Notes under the pieces: model-generated
Seen by the model: the letters and a program-made list of their open reading frames with translations, nothing else
Databases searched by the model: none
Told to the model about the DNA's origin: nothing
Translations under genes and position numbers: made by a program
Shown: positions 13,837 through 26,700 of the stretch, piece by piece
Numbering within the stretch: the stretch's first letter is position 1
Layout of the letters: the number at the start of each line of letters is the position of its first letter
From: Octopus sinensis
Taxonomy: Eukaryota
Length of the DNA: 64,000 nucleotides
Direction of reading: 5' to 3'
Assembly (NCBI RefSeq): GCF_006345805.1
Contig: NC_043015.1
Location: forward strand, 27,094,001 to 27,158,000

Positions 13837-14442
13837 TTAAAGCCGTATCCTCTTTTCGAATACCCTTTTTACGTGTTCTAGACGTCGTTCGTGCAATTCA
13901 CTTTTTATTCGGATATCGTCTAAACAGACAATAGCAAAATCACAGTCATCCAGCATTGAATCCATTACTTGCTGAAATATGGAAGGAGCCACTTTTACAC
14001 CGAAGGGAAGTCGCTTGAATTCGAATAATCCATGGTGTGTATTAATGGTTAATAAGTGTGAGCATTTTCTTCTACTTGAATTTGTAGATATACCTCCGTG
14101 GGGGTCTAATTTTGAGAAGAATTTCCCTCCATTCAATTTTGCAAACACTTCCTCAGGACTCGGCAAAAGGTAGATATGTAAGATTAAGCAATCATTCAAC
14201 CCCATTGAAAAATCTGAACAAACTCTTAACTTATTTTCCTTTTTAACGTAGACCTTAGGCGCTGCCCAGTCCGATTGGTCCATCTTCTTGATTATTCCTA
14301 GGCTTTCTAGTCTTTCAAGTTCCTTGTTTACCTGGTCTATTGCCGCGAACGGTACAGTCCGTTTTGGCTTAAACACAGGTGTTGCATTTTGTTTTCCTAT
14401 AATTTTTGCCTTTGTTTTCGTGCAGCAGCCCAGTTCCTCCAA
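13837..14442 (-). pseudogene. Gypsy reverse transcriptase fragment
   Basis: WAAP..VKKENKLRVCSDFSMGLND, LFEFKRLPFGVKVAPSIFQQVMD, and CLDDI (YLDD box). Confidence 0.9.
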
Positions 14443-15419
14443 GGAAAAATCTGGGAATAAATGTATCGTTTTTCATTTCAAATCCCTCAGCCGCATTCGA
14501 CTTTCGACTGAACCGACTATATTCCAACGCAAAACACTCATGGGCGTATTCCACAATTTAAACAGTTCCATCCACTCTGTGCTGAACAGACTAACTGAAT
14601 TTTTTAACACATAATTTTGCTGTTTTCATTTGGTCACGAAATGACACATTGCACACAACTTTGCCAACAAATACAATCTTTCACCTGTAACACCATGTGC
14701 TACTTTTGTTGATTTATTTAATTTCGGCTTATCGATATACTTCCAAGTTTCTTCATTCACAATGGTAATATCACTTCTAATGGCTAACTGCATGTTTACT
14801 TTTATATTTTTAATTTTCCCATTTGCGAATTTCCTCTTTGTCACCTTACCATTTCCTTTCGACGACATCTTGTTTATTCCTTTTCCTTTGTTCCAACATT
14901 TTTCCATCTTGGTTTTAAGGTGCTCTTTTACGTGTCCAAGTTTCCCACAACGGAAGCAGACCACTTTCTTAAATGGATAGACCTCCACATAACATCCCCA
15001 CCAACACAAAACACACACGAACATACACACGCACACACACAGTCGCACACGCACACACGCGCGAACAAACACATGCGCACACACAACACTCTTACAAATA
15101 CATATCACATACATAACACACACACACAAATGTGCACACTTATACACACACCATCCTGCTAAATATGAAATACACACATACACAGACTCATACACATGGC
15201 ACACTAAACACTGGGACCAATCAAAAACGGCCCACACACACAGACACAAGCACATATATATACACACACAGACACAAGCACATATATATATATATACACA
15301 GACACACACACAAAGGGACGTGCGCAGAGACACACACTCACTCACACCATTCTGACCTCTAAGACCAGTCCCAAATACTACTGAACCATGACAGACTAGC
15401 CCAGAAACAAAAAAGTCCT

Positions 15420-15780
15420 TTTGATTCCACAGCGTGAGACGACTGTTGTTATCGTTAGGCCTAACTCATCGTAAAGTCAATACCACCATGACTGATATCC
15501 AATCTACAGTGGAGAAGGCTAGCCACTGGATTTGGTTAAAAAGAGACGATGAGCGATGGCTAGAAGTATATTGAGTTCTTCATAACCAGCTGATCTAGCA
15601 AGCGGGGCCTCATATCAGTGAGGGGGGCCGGTGCGCATTGATGCCGTCGAGAGGTAGGCCCCGAAACGGCGCGCATTCTCTCCTGATGACCCCATACACT
15701 TGCTAGCTTCCGATATACGGAGCTTTTAACTGGTAGCACTTGCATGTGCAAGTTGTTTGCAAGACATCTAATACCTTGTG
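15420..15780 (+). mobile_element. 3' end (ORF C-terminus + 3'UTR) of a HERO/NeSL-like RLE retrotransposon
   Basis: The frame ending in TGA at 15572-15574 reads FHSVRRLLLSLGL..STVEKASHWIWLKRDDERWLEVY, a typical RLE-element C-terminus (AERASxWLWLKR-like). Confidence 0.7.
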
Positions 15781-15820
15781 GTAGGTAACCACTGACAAAC
15801 CGGAAAGACGGTTAGGCATC

Positions 15821-17032
15821 TTGGAAAGACAAGAGGACTGCTCGGAAAGACCAGCGGACAATAGGAAAGACTATCGACACCAGGAAAGACTGGCGGAGGC
15901 TGCGGACTTACGATCCTCGCCTCTGTATTTTATTGTAACAGAAATAACAGGAAATGACAGCCCCACGATTGATCAAGAGGGGAGAGTCGAGAATCAATCA
16001 AACCCAGTCAGCACGGGAATGACCTTGGAAACGAACATGATTATTCATTCGAACAGCGAACGAAATGCAAACAACTTTGGATGCAAGCTGTGCTATAGAA
16101 CCTTTGCAACTGAGAGAGGCTTGAAGATACATCAGGGAAAGACTTGTGAGAAGAAGACAGAGCAGTGTGGATCGTCAGATCATAAAACACGTGGCAAATC
16201 ATCCCCGGACTCAAACCACAGCGGATCGATAAATGCTACAGCAGAGAACTCTTCACGTGATGAAACTACAAGTCATGAAACTGGTGCATCGGATAATACT
16301 CAGAGGAAACCGAGGGTTTTGTGGCCTGCTGCTAATGAGAAAGTGAAATATAAAGAGTTTGAAAACAAGGTTTGTCGGGCTCTTTATAAAATGACAGGCT
16401 CTACAGTGGAGAAACTGGGAAAATTATCAAGCTCAATATACGATATAGGAAAATATTTATTTGGAGTAAAAGAGAATATCCGACTAGAGAAAGGAAAGTG
16501 TGGACCAAGCAGGAGGATCAGAAAAATGCAGCAGTTGAGGAAGGAAAAGTCCGACTTAAGAAAGCGATGGAGATGTGCTGCACTAGATGAGAAACCTGGC
16601 CTTGCGTTGCTGTATACCGATTTGAAGAGGAAATGTCGTTATGTGCAACGACATATCCACCGATATGAGCGTCGAAAAGAAAGTAAAAGGACTCGGGGGC
16701 AGTTTCTGAAGGACCCGTACGGGTTTACTAAGAAGCTGTTCACTGAACCGAGGAGTGGTACTTTATCGTGCACTAAAGAAGAATTGGATGCTCATATCAA
16801 GGAAACCTACAGCGATCCGCACCGTCACCAGCCGCTGCCACCTCTACATGGGTTAAATCATCTCTCAGGACCTGATATCGAATTCCAGATTGGGGACATC
16901 AGGGAGAGAGAGGTGAATGACTTCGTAAGAAAAGCTAGAGCAAAGAGTGCCCCAGAGTGTTTAAGTATTGAGAAATCTTTGAGTTGGATGAGACTTTCCA
17001 ATTTTCTGGTTTTTCTTCTCAGAAGTATGTAA
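15821..17032 (+). pseudogene. N-terminal part of a HERO/NeSL-like RLE ORF (C2H2-like zinc finger), truncated at the start of RT
   Basis: CKLCYRTFATERGLKIHQGKTC, LWPAANEK, QFLKDPYGFTKKLF and KARAKSAP. Homology stops at about 16953, where SAPGPDG would continue. Confidence 0.75.
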
Positions 17033-17167
17033 TATTTGCCGTGGTAGGAATTCTCGATAGATGTTTGGGGGTTAATAAGAAGCCCCCGGAATAGAGAGGA
17101 GCTATAGTGCAACTTGATTTTTAATGTATAAATGTTAAGAGGGATTCCGTGCGTATGTGTGTGTGCG

Positions 17168-17225
<58 letters not shown>

Positions 17226-17451
17226 TGTGTGTGTGTGTGTGAGTGTATGTGTGTGTGATTGTCATACATAAGATGTCAGGGCATTCAAGAGCAGATTGCT
17301 ATAGTTTAATAGAATGTAATACAATACCGCGTAATAGTTGATTGTGTCGTTGTATATTGTATAATATTGAGTTTATAAGGGTATGTAGGTATACATTATT
17401 ATATAGAGAAGGCGAAATATACAGATATATACGTACATATTTATGTGCTTG

Positions 17452-17539
<88 letters not shown>

Positions 17540-17637
17540 ATGTATGTATGCATGCCTGTATATGTTATATATTTAAAAATGTATAATTTACAAATACACA
17601 CACGTTAGATGCGAATGAAAGTGTGTGTTTGTCTGTC

Positions 17638-17674
<37 letters not shown>

Positions 17675-18047
17675 TGTGTGTGTGTGTGTGTGTATTTGTG
17701 TACGTATATCTAAATGTACATACATAGATATGTATCGTGAGATTGCTTCATCATCATTCGTGTAGTTTTGCTCTTTGAGATTGTTTGCCAAGGAAAACAA
17801 GTGTGAAAGGTGAATTGTGTCCGAAATAAAAGAGAACAATGGCGAGAGGTGAAGTATAAAAGAAATAAAGGAATTTTGGAGGTTGGGAGGGGGAATAAAA
17901 AAGAAAGAGAATAACAGAAATGAAATTTAGTGTAAAGGAACGCAAGAACGAATGAAGGAATTAATGAAACCTACTAGAGAGAAAGAGAACAAAATGACGG
18001 TTTTAAATGCGAGTGCATATACATATGTGTGTGTGTATGTGTGTATG

Positions 18048-18099
<52 letters not shown>

Positions 18100-18715
18100 C
18101 ATATGTGCCTGTGTACATACATATATATACACACATATATATGTGCCCCAACATAGACTAATGAACGAGACAAGTAAAATATAAAATATATATTACGTAT
18201 GCATGCATGGAGGGATGTATGAATGAGTAGCAGAAATCCAAAACACAACAAAACTAATAAAAAGAGCGAAACTTTGAAGAGAAATAAATGCAAGCGGAAC
18301 AAGTGATACGAAGTATTGGAGGGAGAGAAAGGGAGAGTAGGGGAAGTGAGAGAGGTGGAAATTTGGGGGAAAATGGGAGTAGAATAAAGGCAGGAGGAGT
18401 AAAAGGTGAGAGAAATTTTTTTGCTTTGTTTCTTATTTTGCAATGATCCTGATAAAGGAGATCTCGTCTAAACACATAGACAAAGGCGTGTGTACGCATG
18501 CGTTTGAATACATGCTTGTACGTGCAGTGTTGCAGTTGTACAAATGCAGCTAGTCAGAGGCGGACATAGTCATATACACATATTTGTTGCGAATGAATGG
18601 AACAGGGGAGGAACATGAAAGTATAGAAGGATCCGCAAAGAATACATCGAAAATATGTGTAGGAATATATATACATGCCGAAGGTATGCATGTGTGTATA
18701 TACGTATGCATGCAT

Positions 18716-18784
<69 letters not shown>

Positions 18785-19242
18785 TATATGCAGTACATGT
18801 TTTTATGTGTATTGGATAATATGAGTATGTAAATATATATATATATGCCGAAGTATATAGAACTGTATACATACATGTGTGTGTGTACGTGTACACATAT
18901 ATATGCCATATCTTAAGACATGCATACCTGTATTCATGTTAAATGCACACTTTTCTATCAATATATGTACATGTATGTATGTATATGTATGTATATATCT
19001 GTATGCATGTATGTATATATATATACTTATATATATATATGTATGTATGTATATACATATATACATACATATACGTATAATAGAAAGGTGTGTCTTTTAA
19101 TACAAGGTGTATGTCTTACGTTTGATCTTCCTCAAGTGTCTAAAGACAAACCAAAGTGGCGAAACAAAGAACATTCTATCAACAGGAATATTTCAACTGT
19201 GTGTGTGTGTGTGTGTGTGCGTGTGTGTATGTATGTGTGTTT

Positions 19243-19274
<32 letters not shown>

Positions 19275-19672
19275 GTGTTTATGTGTGTGTGTGTGTATGT
19301 GTATTTATATTTTGGCTGATGCCAATTCACACACAACCACGCACTCACATATACTCCCAATATTGTTCTCACAATAAACTGCACCAAAAGGCTTTCGCAG
19401 CAAATTCAAAGAAACACGAGATTTAAAAGGTTAAAACATTTTATAAGTAGTCTGCACAATACACACACACACACACACTTACGCACAAACACACACACAT
19501 ACACAAATGCACACACACACAGACTCACGTACGCACCCATGTATATGTATATATATACGCACACACAAATATTTACAAAAGACTGAAAGAGAGAGAGAGA
19601 AAAAAAGAAAGAGAGAGACAGACAGACAGACAGAAATACAGAGACAGGGAGAGACAGAGAAGAAAAGAAAGG

Positions 19673-19740
<68 letters not shown>

Positions 19741-20089
19741 AGGAAGGCAGGAAAGATGAAAGAAAGAAAGAAATAAATAAAGAAGAAGGAAAGAAAGAAC
19801 GAAAGAAAGAAAGAAAGAAAGAAAGAAATGGAGTAGATGGGCCGATACTTAGTATTGTGCATATTTATGCGTATGCATCATTACGTGGGTGTGTCATTGT
19901 CTGAATGTATAAAAGTATCGTCGATGATGGAACTATGGAACACTGAATATGACGAAATAAATGTAGAAAATGGCTGCTCGGAAATATTGCCAAAAAAGAG
20001 AATAAGTGGCCGATTTTTTATATATATGCTAGTCTTTAATTCATATGCGCGTGTATGAGTGTATGCTTGTTTGCCTGCATATTATATAT

Positions 20090-20092
20090 GTA

Positions 20093-20188
<96 letters not shown>

Positions 20189-20250
20189 GTAGGTAGATAG
20201 ATAGATAGATAGAGATAGATAGATACATAGATAGATAGATAGATAGATAG

Positions 20251-20284
<34 letters not shown>

Positions 20285-20317
20285 GTAGATAGATAGGTAG
20301 ATAGATAGATAGATAGA

Positions 20318-20381
<64 letters not shown>

Positions 20382-20421
20382 CATATGTATATATATCTTA
20401 TATATATATATATATATGTAC

Positions 20422-20454
<33 letters not shown>

Positions 20455-20572
20455 TATATACATATGTATATATATCTTATATATATATATATACATATGT
20501 GTGTATAATTATATATGAGCGTGTATACATATGCATGCATATATATATACTTATATATATACTCACACACAC

Positions 20573-20604
<32 letters not shown>

Positions 20605-20820
20605 CTTATTATTATATATATATATATATACATATGTGTGTATAATTATATATTTGTGTGTATACATATGTATGTATATATTTATATATATACTCACACA
20701 CATATATATATAAATATATATATATATACATTTATTTATATATATATATATACATTTATTTATATACAAACATATATATACATACACATACAGATGTAAA
20801 TATGTATGTATACATGCATA
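20090..20820. repeat. (GATA)n(TACA)n(TA)n compound microsatellite
   Basis: Direct reading. Confidence 0.95.
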
Positions 20821-20824
20821 TATA

Positions 20825-21988
20825 TTAGGTTGTCAAGAAAGTTCTTTCGGTTTTTAACCTTTAAATTCAGAATCCATACACTTTTGCCAGTGCGAAACAA
20901 GTTTATTTATGCCAGTAGCGTAAAAATCCTGCGTTCTAGTGACGATGAAGTCGTTGAAGGCGTGTTTGGCATCGTCTTCATTTTTTAAGCATTTCTCACG
21001 CAAGAATTCAACGTTCCGGAAAAAATGGCCTAATTATTCAAACAGAAAAACTGTAACACGATTAGATAGGCGAGAGGCCTGGTGAGTATGTCACATGAGG
21101 CAGAGTTTCGTAGCCTAATTCATTCAACTTCTGCAGGCTCACATGTGCGACGTGCGGCCGAGAAGAATTGATCCTTTTCTATTGACCAATGTTGGCTCTT
21201 GTTGTCGGAGTTTCTTATGCATTTAGTCCATTTGCTGACAGTACTTCTCCGCCGTAATCGTTTCGCGTGGATCTTTGGGTTCGGGAAGTGCGGTGGAACT
21301 TCGTCGGTGTCCAACCTCTGAGCTGAGCGTCGCCGGTTGTCGTAAAGAATCCACTTTTCATCGCAAGTCACAATCAGGTCGAGAAACGGATCATTCTTGT
21401 TGCGTAAAAGAAGGGAAGATGACACTTCAAAACGGCGTTTTTTTCTTTTTTTTTATTGGTTGTCGTCCAATTCGTGCGGCACCCATTTCTCAAGTATTTT
21501 TGTTTTTCAATTTCTTTCAAGTGGTTGGGAATTGTCGTATACGTTACGACTGATTCAGAAGCAAGCTCTCGAACAGTTGTGCGTGGATTGGCTTCCACTA
21601 AGGCTCTTAGTTGATCGTTGTCAACATACGATGGCCGACCACTACGCTTATCATCTTCAAGACTCTCGTCACCGCTACGAAGTTTTTTGAACCATTGTGC
21701 TGTACGTTCATTAGTTTTTCCTGGGCCAAACACATCGTTGATATCGTGAGCTATTTCAGCAGCTTTTCGGCTTAGCTTGAACTGGAATAAGAAAATTGTG
21801 CGAATTTGCTTTTTGTCCGGAAAAATGGTCTAATTATTCAAAAAGAAAAAGACTAACAGGATTAGATAGAGCGAAAGCGGGCTTTAAAATGATATATAAA
21901 CTCAAAGTAATTTAATGAAAATTAATTTGAAAATACATCATTCAAAACCAAAATTAAAAATATGGCAAGAACTTTCTTGACAACCTAA
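20825..21988 (-). mobile_element. Mariner DNA transposon (cecropia/Hsmar1-like), internally deleted
   Basis: A perfect 23-bp inverted repeat including the TA TSD, TATTAGGTTGTCAAGAAAGTTCT, lies at 20823-20845 and 21968-21990. Peptides include IVTCDEKWILYDNRRRSAQ, DESLEDDKRSGRPS and YSPGLSP. Confidence 0.95.
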
Positions 21989-22083
21989 TATATATATATA
22001 TATATTATATATATATATATAATATATATATTATATATATATATATACATATATATATATACATACATATATATATTATATAT

Positions 22084-22139
<56 letters not shown>

Positions 22140-22289
22140 ATATATATGCATCCAAACATATATATAGAAATTTTTGTTAAAGAAGCCCCCTGCTATAACA
22201 GTACCCAAGCTAACAGTGGTTTCAAAAGTAAGTTATATCACAACCCTTCTACTAATGATACTAATGATACAAATAGAACCTTTGATGGA

Positions 22290-23558
22290 GAAAGAAATGA
22301 CAGAAAAATTTAAGGTGGAGTATTTGCGCAGACTGATCCTTAATTCGAAATTAAATGGATGGAATAAAATGGAAGCTATCAACACCTACGCGGTTTCACT
22401 CCTTGGATATGGAGCAGGGATAATCACATGAACAGTAGACGAACTAAACAGCCTAGACAGAAAGACAAGGAAGAAGTTGCGAATTAGATATATGGGTCAC
22501 TCCACCCAAAAAGTGACACAGACAGACTGTATGTACCAAGAAAAAGAGGGGGAAGAGGACTTATTGGATGTGAACACAGCATTAGAGCTGAAGAAAACAA
22601 CATAGCATAGTATGTAAAAAAATGCCACAGAACCGCTATTATTAGAAGTAGGAAGTTCAGGCTTGTGTAGGATGCAAGATTACAAAGATAAAGCACTATA
22701 CAAGAAACTGAAGACGAATGAAACTGAAAATAGGTGGATAAAGAAAAGGATACATGGTCAATTTCATAGGGATGTTGAAGATAAGACAGACAGAGAAAAC
22801 TATGGCCGTGGATGACTAAAAGTGAGTTAAAACCGGAAACGGAGGCTCTAATCTGTGCTGCCCAAGATCAAGCACTAAGAACAAACTACGTAAAATACAG
22901 AATAGACAACACAGCAGAAAGTGAAAAGTGCAGAATCTGTGGACAAACGGTGAAACCGTATGGCATATTACCAGCTAATGTACGCCACTAGCCCAGAAGA
23001 AATATAAGGGACGCCACAACAATATAGCCAGGCTTGTCCATTGGACACTTTGCAACAATTAAGGAACTTGACAGAGAAAAAAGTTGGTACGACCACAAAC
23101 CTGAAGGTATCTTCGAAAATAGAAATGCAAAGATCCTATGGGATTTTATGATTCAGTGCGACCATGAGATAGAGAAAAGGAAGCCGGACATAGTCTTAAT
23201 TGAGAAAGAAAACAAACTATGCTGGATCATAGATATAGCATGCCCAACTGACAACAAGGTATACGATAAGGAAGAAAGAAAAGTTGAGAGATATGACAGG
23301 TTAGCTTGGGAAGTTAAGCAGTTGTCGTCAATGAAAAAGGTAGCAGTAATACCAATAATTGTCGGAGCAAAAATCTCGAAAAATACGTGGAACAAATAGG
23401 GGCTGCAATAAGGGTGGAGCACTTGCAGAAAGGAGCACTACTTGGAACCACTCGAATACTACGGAAGGTGCTCGAAAAATAAGAGGTATTACCTTAGTTC
23501 ACTGGTAGTAAACAGCTAACACTGTAGTACATCTCCAGCGTTAGAAGCTGTGCAAAGG
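22290..23558 (+). mobile_element. R4/Dong-like RLE retrotransposon, 5'-truncated, followed by (TAA)n
   Basis: AINTYAVSLLGYGAGII, HPKSDTDRLYVPRK, CRICGQ and ILWDF..KPDIVL..IIDIACP (PD-D/ExK RLE). (TAA)n starts at 23559. Confidence 0.85.
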
Positions 23559-23569
23559 TAATAATAATA

Positions 23570-23607
<38 letters not shown>

Positions 23608-24249
23608 TAATAATAATAATAGATGCCACTAGATCTATTATTAGCATTTAATTATTAGTATTCTGATAATATTAGAGGGATTATACATTAATTTATCTTT
23701 GAAGCTACTATTGGCTAGAGCATTGTTATAATGAGGAACAGCTTTCTCGAAAATAGGCCAAGGAAAATTATCTGGTCGCCTCTCCCTAGTTACATCTCAA
23801 TATAGTAACACGACTTACTACGCATTCTATCCAGCGTTTCTCACAGAGCCCAAATATTAAACTAGGTCAGAATATCTTTCATTCGCTAGCCTTCAGTGGA
23901 TTTATTTGGTCACTAAAGGATGAAATCGCTAACTTTGCTATAAAATGAGAAATAGTCGGCGAGGCAGTACCATACAAAATTCGGGATTAAAAAATGCAAT
24001 TATGCCGGGAAGAAATATTCCATATTTTCACGTCTAAATACCACTTATCAAATAATATGCAAGAATTATCCCCCAAATGCTCCCATTACCACCGAAAAGC
24101 TTTCAAAATTTTAAAACTTAATTTTAATTAAGCACTTCTCAGGTTAGCGATAGGAGAATTTACGTGAACAATATTAGTGGGTTATATTCTCTTATCAACT
24201 TTTCGCCCCCCATCTCACACATACGCATTCCTATTTCCTTTGACTATTT

Positions 24250-25350
24250 CTTAACATTAAGTCCTGGACTACTTTTATTCTCTCAAATATGCTTTTCCTT
24301 CTTAGTTTCTACCATTTTTTACATATTTCTTATGTGATTCCGATATCGATTTTCTCTGGACTTCTCCAATCAATTATTCTCCTTCATGTGTAAACACACC
24401 CCATATTGAATACTCTGTCATATCTAGGAGGATGCTATCTACATATTGGTTTAAGCTTGGTCTACCTAGATAATGATTTTGATTTCTCTGTAAGTGGAAG
24501 TAATCTACCTTATTGTGAACGGCCTTACTAGTAAATTCTGAATATCTTATATTTTTAAACTCTGTCTTAGCAACTCTTGATGCATATAACTCTCGCAGAA
24601 ATTATTTCTGTCTATTTCACTTAAAGCTAGTGGATGGAATATATTCTTGCCTAGTTCAAAACCTGGCCTTCCTAACTTTTTCATCTAAAAATTAGGGTCA
24701 TCTAATGGTCGATTTGATTTTGTAGCTAAATCATATATCACCCTACTACCTTTGCTGCTCTTTGCAGTCAAAATACATTGTCTCTTACCGAAAATATAAG
24801 ACTGTCTAAACTATTCTACTCCAGTTCTCTTGAGGCTTTGATGGTGACAACACCTTGAATAAAGCCGTATGGATGCGTTTTTAACACGGATGACATCTGG
24901 ATGCAGATGAACCAACAGGATGTAAATGAACACCATATAACAAGATATCATTGCAACAGAAACATATGTCGAGCAGAAGTTTGAAGGGAATATACTATGG
25001 GAAAGACTGTAATAATGAAAACTGTGCAGATGTATAATTCTCCATCTTTATGTTGTCTTGGACATCCGCACAATAAACTGTTTATAACCTAATGAAGTGA
25101 TCTCAGGATCTACTCAGCGTGCGAAATATTGTGTGATTGTTTACCTTAAATAATCCCCAGTTATTCCATATCCTTTGATGCGGTTAGCCAGAACTTGGGT
25201 TGTACTATTGTGCTTGAACGGTACCCGCCTGGATCTATTATTCTTATCCATTCCCTTCGACCTATGGGTGCCCAGGATTTTCAGGCAATTTATGACTTGC
25301 TTGAAGATCTTGTGCACCCAAAGACGAAACTCACAGTAGCAAGAGACTGA
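24250..25350 (-). mobile_element. Highly decayed CR1-group LINE RT/tail remnant
   Basis: RVPFKH..RIKGYGITGDYL (RT region after AFDKV) and EYSIW..EVQRK (LEY..W..VQR tail motif). Many stops. Confidence 0.5.
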
Positions 25351-25428
25351 CTCTACCAAAATATAAACATATCACTAATCTTTACTATGGTATGAAGTAA
25401 AATTTTTCCGACCGTAAACACTAAACAA

Positions 25429-25429
<1 letters not shown>

Positions 25430-25474
<45 letters not shown>

Positions 25475-25491
25475 GACAGACAGACAGACAT

Positions 25492-25551
<60 letters not shown>

Positions 25552-25552
25552 G

Positions 25553-25587
<35 letters not shown>

Positions 25588-25588
25588 G

Positions 25589-25665
<77 letters not shown>

Positions 25666-25668
25666 TGA
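25430..25668. repeat. (GACA)n(GATA)n microsatellite
   Basis: Direct reading. Confidence 0.95.
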
Positions 25669-26029
25669 TGCATATATGCATATGTGCACATCTAAACGTG
25701 TGTGTGCGTGTGTGTGTTCATACGTGTGTGTGTAGTCTTCGTTTACAAGTGATTCCACTACAATGACGATGGCTACAGAGTAGTACAACAGACCTAGGTT
25801 CCAAACATAACACCAACTACAACAACAACTGCTACAACAGCATAAACAACAAAGTCATATTAGACACAGATGTTCTCTTAAATTAAATGGATAATCTACT
25901 GATTTCAATGAACCAATCAAGTCCTGGGTATCGATTAGTTCATTTAAAATAGGAAGACGGAAAAACTGGAGTTGAATTTGATTTGATACAAGAACATTTC
26001 TCTTTTTTTTCACTAGATTTGATCTACTT

Positions 26030-26247
26030 GAAAATTACAACAACTACAACAACAACAACAACACCAACAAAAGGAATAACGATAACGACAGCAGCAACAA
26101 AAATTACACTAGTTATGATATAACTAACAACAAAAACGACCGCCAGAATCACAAAACAAACAAGAGAAAAATAACAAAAAACAACTACAAAAAAACTACA
26201 GTAATAACTACAAAATACGATATCAAAAACAGCTGCTGCTACTGCTG

Positions 26248-26289
<42 letters not shown>

Positions 26290-26700
26290 TAACATGACCA
26301 AATTGAGTAATAGATGCCATGGCGAATGCGCAGAAGAAGCAAGAACTACAGTCATAAGTATTGTCGAAACTATCACAGAAGGAATAATATCATCATCATC
26401 ATCATCATTATCATCATCATCATCATCATCATCATCGTTATCGTCGTCGTCCTCCTCCTTCTTCTTCTCCTCCCCCTCATCATCATCATCAACAATGCCT
26501 GCATTAGAGTAACCATAACAAGTGGTAGTAGTAACAGCAGCAGCAACAACAGCAACAACAAACACCTTTATGACAGCAGCAGCACCCGAAGCAACGATCT
26601 CTTCACTCACAATCACAATGAAAGCACCACGATGACGCCGACAGTGAGGACAACAGCAACAACAACAACAACAAAAGCAAGCACCTGTCGGCAGAAAGCA
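26030..26700. repeat. Degenerate compound trinucleotide repeats (AAC/TAC/ATC/TCC/AGC)
   Basis: Direct reading. It gives low-complexity ORFs only. Confidence 0.85.

Larger units (their letters stand above)
11577..14995 (-). mobile_element. Ty3/gypsy LTR retrotransposon internal region (decayed, 5'-truncated)
   Basis: Domain order on the minus strand is gag zinc knuckle CFRCGKLGH (~14960), degenerate protease (MQLAIRSDITIVNEETW), RT (13837-14442), RNase H remnants, then integrase. Integrase after RT/RH is the gypsy order. Confidence 0.9.

Noticed and set aside
14626-15345. 239-aa ORF as an intact gag-protease
   Set aside because: The N-terminal half is a (TG)n translation. Only ~14630-14995 is gypsy-derived and the protease DTG is mutated.
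15655-15695. GAAAC followed by CTGATGA as a type II hammerhead
   Set aside because: Only 16 nt separate the motifs, too few for helices III and I, and the flanks (CCCC/CCCC) cannot form helix II.
15802-15890. CRISPR-like repeat-spacer array
   Set aside because: Repeats (8 bp) and spacers (11-13 bp) are far too short, the context is eukaryotic, and there are no cas genes.
18447-18482. CTGATAAAGGAGATCTCGTCTAAAC as an eroded HHR
   Set aside because: Both core halves are mutated and there is no convincing helix I.
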